A DNA stretch of 33,317 nucleotides from Lysobacterales bacterium. Its GTDB lineage: Bacteria; Pseudomonadota; Gammaproteobacteria; Xanthomonadales; Xanthomonadaceae. The position numbers and the translations under genes were made by a program. Below the pieces are notes generated by a model. The model was given only the letters and a program-made list of their open reading frames with translations. It was not told the origin of the DNA and made no database searches. Numbering within the stretch: the first letter of the stretch is position 1; each line of letters starts with the position of its first letter. Below, in pieces: positions 26,052-33,317 of the stretch. The DNA lies in assembly GCA_031418555.1 (NCBI GenBank), contig JANOXT010000167.1:1-33317 (forward strand), in the 5' to 3' direction.

Positions 26052-27293
26052 ATGCCGCAATCGCCGAAATCGCTGCTGCTGCGCTGGCGTGTGCGTCTGA
26101 TTCCCGAATGGCGTGAGCTGGGCTGGATGCCGTTCTACAACCTCGGCTATCTGCTGTTCCTGTTCATGCCATTGATGCTGTCGTGGCTGGGCGAATCGTT
26201 CGGCTGGCGCGGGTCGCTGTCGCGCATGCTCGCGCCGACCTTGCTGTCGATCGCGGTGTTCCTGCCGATCTATTTCGCCGGCTACCGCACGACAGGAATC
26301 AAGTCGCTGCTGTGCACGCTAGCGATCGCAGCCATCGGCTACGTCCTGCTGCCGTTCAATCCCTTCGCCAATGCCTACACCACTTATGCGGCCGGCTTAG
26401 CGGCGATGCTGGGCGGCGCGCTGTGGAAGCGGCTGCTGCTGACCGCGTCGATCCTGATTGGTTTTCAGCTTGAAATCATGGCGCTGAACTATCCGGTCTT
26501 TATTTTCCTGATTACCCTAATCGTGTCGCTGGCTGTTTTTTTCGGCAGTCATCACTTCGCCCAGAGCACGCGAAAGCGCGCCGAATTGAAGCTCTCGCAC
26601 GACGAAGTGCGCCGACTCGCCGCGCTGGCCGAGCGCGAGCGCATCGGCCGCGACCTGCACGATCTGCTTGGGCACACGCTATCGCTGGTGGCGCTGAAAA
26701 GCGAGTTGGCGGGCAAGCTGCTGCTGCGCAGTGATTCCGCCCAAGCGCGCGAGGCCGCGCACCGCGAGATCGTCGAAGTCAGCCGGGTTGCGCGCGATGC
26801 GTTGGCGCAGGTGCGTTCGGCAGTGACCGGCATCCGCGCCGCCGGTGTCATCGCGGAAATCGTTTCCGCCAAGCTGCTGCTGGAAAGCGACGGTATCGCC
26901 TTCGTCTCCGCGCTCGCGCCGCGCGCGCTCGATCCCGGCGCGATGCCGGTGAATGTGGAGACCGCACTGGCGATGACCGTGCGCGAAGCGGTGACCAATC
27001 TCCAGCGGCACGCGCATGCGCGCACGGCGCGGGTCGAACTCGATATCGAAGCCGGCGAAGCGGTGCTGCGCATCGACGACGACGGTCGCGGCGGTGCCAG
27101 CAACGGCACGCTGGTGCCTGGCAACGGGCTGACCGGCATGCGCGAGCGTATCGAAGCGCTCGGCGGCCGGCTGCGGATCGATGCGCGCAAGGGCGAGGGC
27201 ACGCACATCGAAGTGCGGGTGCCGCTGGCTTCGCACGCTGGCACCATCGATGCTGCGATGATCGACGATGCGACGACCGAGGCATCGGCATGA
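26052..27293 (+). CDS. HisKA_3 membrane sensor histidine kinase (DesK/YvfT-like)
   Basis: Several TM helices, 'ERERIGRDLHDLLGH', 'EAVTN', 'DDGRG', 'GNGLTGMRER'. Confidence 0.93.
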   Translation: MPQSPKSLLLRWRVRLIPEWRELGWMPFYNLGYLLFLFMPLMLSWLGESFGWRGSLSRMLAPTLLSIAVFLPIYFAGYRTTGIKSLLCTLAIAAIGYVLLPFNPFANAYTTYAAGLAAMLGGALWKRLLLTASILIGFQLEIMALNYPVFIFLITLIVSLAVFFGSHHFAQSTRKRAELKLSHDEVRRLAALAERERIGRDLHDLLGHTLSLVALKSELAGKLLLRSDSAQAREAAHREIVEVSRVARDALAQVRSAVTGIRAAGVIAEIVSAKLLLESDGIAFVSALAPRALDPGAMPVNVETALAMTVREAVTNLQRHAHARTARVELDIEAGEAVLRIDDDGRGGASNGTLVPGNGLTGMRERIEALGGRLRIDARKGEGTHIEVRVPLASHAGTIDAAMIDDATTEASA

Positions 27294-27892
27294 TCCGCGT
27301 ACTGCTGGCCGAAGACCAGGCCATGGTGCGCGGTGCGCTCACCGCACTGCTGTCGCTGGAAACCGACATCGAAGTGGTTGGCGCCGCTGCCGACGGCGAA
27401 GCCGCATGGCGCGAGCTGCAGCGGCTGAAGCCGGATCTGCTGGTGACCGACATCGAAATGCCGGGCCTCACCGGGCTGGAGCTCGCGCAGCGCATCCAGC
27501 GCCACGCATTGCCGATCAAAGTGGTGATCGTCACCACGTTCGCCCGCGCCGGTTTCCTGCGCCGCGCGCTGGATGCCGGCGTTTCCGGTTATCTGTTGAA
27601 AGACGCGCCGGCCGAGGATCTGGCCGAAGCGCTGCGCAAAGTGCATCGCGGCGGTCGCGCCATCGATCCGCAGCTTGCGCTGGAAGCGTGGAGCGAAGCG
27701 GATCCACTCAACGACCGTGAACGCCAAGTGCTGCGCCTCGCCGGCGAAGGCCAGTCTGCCGGCGAGATCGCCACGCACCTCAATCTGTCGCACGGCACGG
27801 TCCGCAATTATCTGTCCGAGGCCATCGGCAAGCTCGGCGTCGGCAACCGCATCGAGGCCTACCGGCTGGCAAGACAGAAGGGGTGGCTGTGA
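27290..27892 (+). CDS. NarL/LuxR-family response regulator (DesR/YvfU-like)
   Basis: 'LLAEDQ', 'TDIEMPG', 'GYLLKD', HTH 'GTVRNYLS', ends 'QKGWL'. Confidence 0.95.
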   Translation: MIRVLLAEDQAMVRGALTALLSLETDIEVVGAAADGEAAWRELQRLKPDLLVTDIEMPGLTGLELAQRIQRHALPIKVVIVTTFARAGFLRRALDAGVSGYLLKDAPAEDLAEALRKVHRGGRAIDPQLALEAWSEADPLNDRERQVLRLAGEGQSAGEIATHLNLSHGTVRNYLSEAIGKLGVGNRIEAYRLARQKGWL

Positions 27893-27902
27893 TCCACGCT
27901 GC

Positions 27903-28023
27903 GTAGGGCGGCCCTGGCCCGCCATTCCGGCGTTGCAGAGAAATAAATGTGTGCAAAGCGCAATGTCGATCATTGCCCTATATGAATTGATATGCCGTAA
28001 CGGTGGGTCAAGGCCCCCCCTAC
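27903..28023. repeat. GTAG-family REP doublet (GTAGGGNGGG-type) with AT-rich spacer
   Basis: 27903 gtagggcggccctggcccgcc and 28002-28023 reverse complement gtagggggggccttgacccacc. Confidence 0.75.
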
Positions 28024-28112
28024 ACGATCTTCTGCCGATGTCACATCGGCGCCACGCGGGCGTCTTGTCCCTCCAAACCCGTTTTATAGCCAGTCCGATG
28101 AGGAATTTTGTC

Positions 28113-29960
28113 ATGAACATCCGCACACGCCGCCCCGGTATCAATCTTGCGCTGGCCATCGCCATCGCCATCGCCGCTTCCATCTCCAGCGCATCGCACG
28201 CAGCGCCGCCGGCACGCGACACCGGCTCCGATAACGACGTTCTGATCCAGGGTGTCCGCGTATTCGACGGCCTGCGCGTGTTCCCGAATACCAACGTGCT
28301 GGTCGTCGATGGCCGCATCGCCGCAGTCGGCACTGGGGTGAAAGCGCCGCAGGGCATCGTCACCGTGGACGGCAGCGGCAGGACATTACTGCCGGGTTTG
28401 ATCGATGCGCATACCCACAGCTGGGGCGACGCCCAGCGCGATGCGCTGCGCTTCGGCGTGACCTCCGAGCTGGACATGATGGGCGACTGGAACCGGCTGC
28501 CCGAGATCAAGCGCCAGCGCGAATCGCTGGCGCGTACCGATGCGGCCGATCTGTGGAGCGCCGGCGCCGCCGTCACCGCGCCCGGCGGCCACGGCACCCA
28601 GTACGGCATGAAGGTGCCGACGCTTGCCGCCGACGGCGATGCGGCCGGGTTTGTGGCTGCGCGCGTCGTCGAAGGTTCGGACTACATCAAACTGATCATC
28701 GAAGACATGAGCGCCTACAGCGCGACCAACCGTATTCCCACGATCACCCCGGCGCAGATGCAGGCCGCCATCGCCGCTGCGCACAAGGCCAAGCGGCTCG
28801 CAGTCGTACACGTCTCGCGGTTGCGCGAAGGCAAAGCCGCGATCGAAGGCGGCGCCGACGGTCTGGTGCATATTTTCGGTGAGCCTGGCGACGCCGCGTT
28901 CGTCGCTGCGGCGAAAAAACGCAGCGCGTTCGTAGTCCCGACGCTGTCGGTGCTGGCGACGATGGCGCATACCGGCGAAGGCCGTGCGCTCGGCGAAGAT
29001 CTGCAGCTGAAACCGTGGCTCGGCAGCGCGCAGACCGACAGCCTGAAAGCGACGTTCGGCGCCGCTGCGCCCAAGCCGTCGATGCTTGCCGATGCCATCG
29101 CCAACGTACGCGCCCTGCATGCGGCGGGCGTCGATATCCTGGCCGGCACCGACGCCGGTAATCCCGGCACCGCGCACGGCGCGAGCATGCACGGCGAGCT
29201 TGCGCTGCTGGTGCGTGCCGGCCTTACGCCGGGCGAAGCGCTGGCTGCCGCCACCTCGGTGCCCGCGCGCCGCTTCAAACTTGCCGACCGCGGCCGCATC
29301 GCGGTGGGTCAGCGTGCGGACATGTTGATGGTCGATGGCGATCCGACCCGAGATATTCTCGCCACCCGCGCCATCGTCACGGTCTGGAAGAACGGTTATG
29401 CCGTGGTCCGCGCAAAGCCGCAGTCGCCCGCCGCTGCGCCGGTGGGCGAAGCGATTCCCGCCGGCAGTCTGGTCGATGATTTCGAAGGCAACGTCGCCAC
29501 CGCAGCCATGGGTTTGCTGCCCGCGAAGTTCGGCGCCGGCTGGATGCAGACCACCGACCAGATGGCTGGCGGCGCATCGGTCGTGACGTTGAAGCGGGAA
29601 CAAGGTGCGCTTGCGGTGAGCGGCGAGATCAAAACCGGCTTCGCGTTTCCGTGGTCGGGCGCGATGTATTTTCCCGCCGCACAGGCGATGCAGCCCGCCG
29701 ATCTGTCCGCACGCAGGGAACTTGTGTTCCGCGCGCGCGGCGACGGCCGCCATTACAGCGTCATGCTGTTCTCCGGCGTGCAACTGCAGTCGATGCCCAG
29801 CGTCAAACCCTTCGTCGCCGGCCCCGAATGGACTGAGGTGCGCATCCCGCTGAGCGGTTTCAACGGCGCCGATCTCAGCCGCGTTCGCGGCATTGCGTTC
29901 ACCGCCGGCCAGCCGGTCGGCGCATTCGCATTCCAGATCGACAGCGTCGAACTTAAATAA
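28113..29960 (+). CDS. Exported metal-dependent amidohydrolase with C-terminal CIA30/CBM-like domain
   Basis: GAGGA RBS, signal peptide (…SSASHA-A), 'LLPGLIDAHTH', 'YIKL', 'VVH', 'GLVH', 'AGTDAG', 'GRIAVGQRAD'; C-terminal beta-sandwich 'TDQMAGGAS...RGDGRHY...WTEVRIP...FQIDSVEL'. Confidence 0.88.
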   Translation: MNIRTRRPGINLALAIAIAIAASISSASHAAPPARDTGSDNDVLIQGVRVFDGLRVFPNTNVLVVDGRIAAVGTGVKAPQGIVTVDGSGRTLLPGLIDAHTHSWGDAQRDALRFGVTSELDMMGDWNRLPEIKRQRESLARTDAADLWSAGAAVTAPGGHGTQYGMKVPTLAADGDAAGFVAARVVEGSDYIKLIIEDMSAYSATNRIPTITPAQMQAAIAAAHKAKRLAVVHVSRLREGKAAIEGGADGLVHIFGEPGDAAFVAAAKKRSAFVVPTLSVLATMAHTGEGRALGEDLQLKPWLGSAQTDSLKATFGAAAPKPSMLADAIANVRALHAAGVDILAGTDAGNPGTAHGASMHGELALLVRAGLTPGEALAAATSVPARRFKLADRGRIAVGQRADMLMVDGDPTRDILATRAIVTVWKNGYAVVRAKPQSPAAAPVGEAIPAGSLVDDFEGNVATAAMGLLPAKFGAGWMQTTDQMAGGASVVTLKREQGALAVSGEIKTGFAFPWSGAMYFPAAQAMQPADLSARRELVFRARGDGRHYSVMLFSGVQLQSMPSVKPFVAGPEWTEVRIPLSGFNGADLSRVRGIAFTAGQPVGAFAFQIDSVELK

Positions 29961-29983
29961 TGTAGGAGGGTCTTGAGGCCCGA
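29961..29983 (+). repeat. Solitary degenerate GTAG REP immediately after the stop codon
   Basis: tgtaggagggtcttgaggcccga; no clear inverted partner seen. Confidence 0.45.
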
Positions 29984-29996
29984 GTGTCGTCAACAC

Positions 29997-30037
29997 CGCC
30001 CGCGAATGTCGCTGGACGTTCGCGGGCGCTTGACTTT
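29997..30037 (+). terminator. 14-bp hairpin, possible terminator of the amidohydrolase operon
   Basis: cgcccgcgaatgtc-gctg-gacgttcgcgggcg followed by cttgacttt (weak U-tract). Confidence 0.4.
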
Positions 30038-30373
30038 CAGCGCAAACAGGACGAACGTCCGTCGAGCATCGAGCAAGGACGACGCGCTCCGCAAGGCGCG
30101 ACAGGGGAGGAAACCCATGATCGACGGCGTAACGCCTTCGCACTTCATCGACAATAGCTGCAGTTGCAGTATCGGTGTGTGCACGACCGGTGTGTGTCTC
30201 CCACCGCGTCTGCACCGTCATCCTGTGCGTCATCATCCACGCATCGCGCACAGCCCGGCCATTCGCCTCGCGCCGTCCGCGCGCCTGCCGCACATCTGCA
30301 CCACCGCTGCCACGCAAACCGACATCACTACGCGCTGTTCCCGCTTTCCGCATGCACAGGGGTTCGTATCGTC

Positions 30374-32089
30374 ATGGCCAAAACCATTTTCAGCGTCGCC
30401 GATTACCTGCTTACCCGGCTGAAACAGCTCAATGTCACCGAGGTGTTCCAGATTCCCGGCGATTACGTCAAACATTTCACCCAGGCGCTGGAACATTTCG
30501 ACGGCGTGCATACCATCGGCGCCATCAATGAATTGGACGCCGCATACGCGGCCGATGCCTATGCCCGCACCCGCGGACTCGGCGCGGTGTCGCTGCAGTT
30601 CGGCGTGAGCACCGCCAGCGCGCTCAACGCCATCGCCGGTGCGTGGGTCGAACGCAGCCCGGTGGTGGTCATCAGCGCCACGCCCGGCGCGGACATGCGC
30701 AACATCACCGATATGTACGATGTACTGTTCCATCATTCCACCGGCGATCTCGACGCCGACCGGAAAATCTACGAGAACGTCACCGTCAAGGCCATCACCC
30801 TCAGCACCAATGTCGGCGCGGCAGAACAGATCGACGACCTGCTGATCGCAGCGATCACCCACCGGCGCCCGGTGTACATCGCCTGCTACAAAGAAGTCTG
30901 GGCGCAGCCGTGCGCGCCGCCGCCCAAAACCCGGCTGAAGCCACGCGTTGCGCACAGCCCCGCGCTGGCGCTGCAGAACGCGGTCGATGCCGCATGGACC
31001 CAGATCACCGCCGCCAAACAGCCGATCATTTTCGCCGGCGTTGAAGTGCTGCGCTTCGGTTTGTCGGGCCTGCTGCAAAAGATTATCGACGCCAGCGGTT
31101 TTCTGTACACCACCACGACGCTGGGCAAAGCAGTGCTGGACGAGGGCGGCAAAAAGTTCATCGGCACCTATTCCGATGCCGCGTCGATCGAGACGGTGCG
31201 CGATCTGGTCACCGCATCGGACTGCTTCCTCACCCTCGGCACCATCATCACCGACGATTATCTGGTCTTCATCGAAAGCAAGTACCCCGACATGGTGCTC
31301 GCCACTACCGCCGGCGTGCGCGTCGGTTATTTCAAATACGGCGACGTGACCATGCAGGACTTCATGGAAGCGCTGCTGCTCAAGTTCAAAAGCAGCAAGG
31401 CCTATCCGATCAAAGCGGCTGCGCCGCCGCAGCCGAAGTATCCCGAGCCGTGGGCGTCCAACGACGATGTGGTCTACAAGCACAAGCCTAACCTGCTGAC
31501 CTACAACCGGTTCTTCCAGCATTCGATGAAATTCCTGCACGACCACGACATGCTGAAAGATATCGTGATGACCTATGGCGTCAGCTCGGCGATGTACGTC
31601 GCGACCAATGCCTATGGCTTGAAACAGGGCGGTTTTGTGTCGTCCGCGGCATGGCAGTGCATCGGCTTCGAGACCGGCGCCGCCTCCGGCGCGCAGCTGG
31701 GCAGCGGCAAGCGCGCGTGGACGGTCGCCGGCGACGGTGGCTTCATGATGGTGTGCCAGTCGCTGTCGACGCTCGCGCGCAACAAACTCAATGCAGTGAT
31801 TTTCGTGATGAGCAATCAGGTCTATGCGATCGAACAGGTCTACGTCGACATCACCTCGTTCCAGCCCGGGCCGCAGCATACGTTCGACACCTTCGACATG
31901 CTGCCGAAGTGGGATTACCTCGCGCTGGCCAAGGCCTTCGGCGCCGAGGGTATCCGCGTCGAAACGGTCGATGAACTCAATCTCGCGCTGACCCGGATCA
32001 AGACCATCAAGGATCGGCCGGTGCTGGTCGAAGTGGTCATTCCGCAAAAGGATTTGCCGGGACAGATGTATCGGCTGGGCATCGAATAA
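30374..32089 (+). CDS. TPP-dependent 2-oxo-acid decarboxylase (pyruvate/indolepyruvate decarboxylase family)
   Basis: 'SVADYLLTRL', 'IPGDY', 'NELDAAYAADAYAR', 'FHHS', TPP motif 'GDGGF...MSNQVYAIE'. Confidence 0.92.
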   Translation: MAKTIFSVADYLLTRLKQLNVTEVFQIPGDYVKHFTQALEHFDGVHTIGAINELDAAYAADAYARTRGLGAVSLQFGVSTASALNAIAGAWVERSPVVVISATPGADMRNITDMYDVLFHHSTGDLDADRKIYENVTVKAITLSTNVGAAEQIDDLLIAAITHRRPVYIACYKEVWAQPCAPPPKTRLKPRVAHSPALALQNAVDAAWTQITAAKQPIIFAGVEVLRFGLSGLLQKIIDASGFLYTTTTLGKAVLDEGGKKFIGTYSDAASIETVRDLVTASDCFLTLGTIITDDYLVFIESKYPDMVLATTAGVRVGYFKYGDVTMQDFMEALLLKFKSSKAYPIKAAAPPQPKYPEPWASNDDVVYKHKPNLLTYNRFFQHSMKFLHDHDMLKDIVMTYGVSSAMYVATNAYGLKQGGFVSSAAWQCIGFETGAASGAQLGSGKRAWTVAGDGGFMMVCQSLSTLARNKLNAVIFVMSNQVYAIEQVYVDITSFQPGPQHTFDTFDMLPKWDYLALAKAFGAEGIRVETVDELNLALTRIKTIKDRPVLVEVVIPQKDLPGQMYRLGIE

Positions 32090-32128
32090 CCCAAAGAACA
32101 GCCTCACTATTCAAGGACCGAACCCATC

Positions 32129-33316
32129 ATGAAACACAAAACCTATTCCATTTTCGGCGCCGGCGCCGCAGGCCTGTACACCGCTTGGCGGCTGCTCAAC
32201 GGCAAAGCCCGCAATCCAAAGTTCACTGCAAAACAGCTGAAAAAAGGCGATATGCTAGAGCTGTACGACTGGGGAAAATACGATTTCAGCAAACAGCATC
32301 CGGGTACCCGGTCGGCCGGCGCGCGCATCTGCACCTGGTACTACAACAACGACAAGACCGATTCCTACGTCGAACTGGGCGGCATGCGCTATTCGTATTG
32401 GGACGAGAAGCCCTCGAAAGCGTTTCCGCATCCCAACGACGGGCTGTCGCCGGGCCATCGCGTGGTGACCAAAGTCATTTCGATGCTCGGTCTCAACGAT
32501 TACTCTGTTCCGTTCAACGTCACCTCCAACCAGCTGTTCTATCTGCGCACCCGCAACTTCTATCTCAACGACATCACCTCCAGCAACCCCGCGCCGTATG
32601 CGATGGATCACTACGGCGCATCGACCACGCCCGATCAGGGCTTCACTACGGTCGAAAGTCTTGCGGTGACCGGCACCACCGGCCCGCAGACGCGGCTGCA
32701 GTGGTGCGAGTTCTACCGCAGCGGACGCATCACGGTGCAGCTGCCGGAGACCTCCGTCTTCCAGCAGGGCGATCTGCTCAAGGACATTGGCTACTGGAAC
32801 CTGCTCTACGATCAGCTCGGCTCGGAAGGTTACGACTACGCCGCCGATGGCAACGGCTACAGCTCGAACGTGATCAACACCAACTCGGCGGTGTCGTTCA
32901 ACATGAACAACGAGTTCACCCCGGGCAGCCAGTACCGCACGCTGTCGATGGGCTACTCCGGCATGTTCAACGCGCTGTTCGACAAGATCGTCGCGCTGGC
33001 GAAAGCCAAAGGCATCGATTTCCGCTATCACCCGGACACGCGGCTGCATTCCATCCTGTGGAAAAGCGGCAAAGCCGTGTTCACCTACGCGGCGCGCAGC
33101 AACCCGAACATCGCCGCCGGCACGCGCGAAGCCGACGCCGCGTGGATGGCGATGCCGCGCGCCGCCATCGATCTGGTCGCGCAGGCCACGCGCTTCCGCA
33201 GCCCGGCCGACGACGAGACCGATGTGCTCAATCACGAGCGGGTCAATCTCTATCTTGAATCCACGATCATGCAGCCGTCCTACAAAGTCGGCATGTTCTT
33301 CGACCAGCCATGGTGG
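32129..33316 (+). CDS. Flavin amine/L-amino-acid oxidase-like protein (partial, runs off right edge)
   Basis: AAGGA RBS; open for 396 codons to the edge: MKHKTYSIFGAGAAGLYTAWRLL (Rossmann GxGxxG), 'RSAGARI', 'YVELGGMRY', 'KVGMFFDQPWW'. Not in the ORF track. Confidence 0.85.
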   Translation, partial: MKHKTYSIFGAGAAGLYTAWRLLNGKARNPKFTAKQLKKGDMLELYDWGKYDFSKQHPGTRSAGARICTWYYNNDKTDSYVELGGMRYSYWDEKPSKAFPHPNDGLSPGHRVVTKVISMLGLNDYSVPFNVTSNQLFYLRTRNFYLNDITSSNPAPYAMDHYGASTTPDQGFTTVESLAVTGTTGPQTRLQWCEFYRSGRITVQLPETSVFQQGDLLKDIGYWNLLYDQLGSEGYDYAADGNGYSSNVINTNSAVSFNMNNEFTPGSQYRTLSMGYSGMFNALFDKIVALAKAKGIDFRYHPDTRLHSILWKSGKAVFTYAARSNPNIAAGTREADAAWMAMPRAAIDLVAQATRFRSPADDETDVLNHERVNLYLESTIMQPSYKVGMFFDQPWW

Positions 33317-33317
33317 G

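Noticed and set aside
29961-30373. TPP or c-di-GMP riboswitch upstream of the TPP-dependent enzyme
   Set aside because: No CUGAGA / CCUGAU core and no GEMM-type GGCAAA..GAAA..GACGCAAAG pattern found.
32185-33258. 357-aa plus-strand ORF from the track
   Set aside because: Wrong frame, Arg/Ala-rich with no motifs; the real gene is the frame starting at 32129.

Overview
High-GC Xanthomonadales (Lysobacteraceae-like) chromosomal window. Core housekeeping blocks are argS-SPOR-ICMT, radC/coaBC and ybeD-lipB-lipA-prc-ada/ogt-yedA-rarD. Also present: a CsgG-like gene, an M1 aminopeptidase-alpha/beta hydrolase-lipoprotein run, and a MacAB-type ABC exporter divergent from a Yvf/Des-type ABC + two-component + amidohydrolase-CIA30 module. 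The right end holds a TPP-dependent 2-oxo-acid decarboxylase followed by a flavin amino-acid-oxidase-like gene that runs off the window and is absent from the ORF track. The top finding is a 464-bp unit between argS and radC: a GIY-YIG nuclease gene with two in-frame TGA stops, bracketed by inverted TGTCAT-tagged REP-like hairpins, which looks like a nuclease-driven mini mobile element. Other highlights: a stand-alone BLUF photoreceptor inserted between ybeD and lipB, a DesR-like palindrome between the divergent ABC operons, and several distinct REP/REPIN families. All calls come from reading motifs by eye; no database searches were run.
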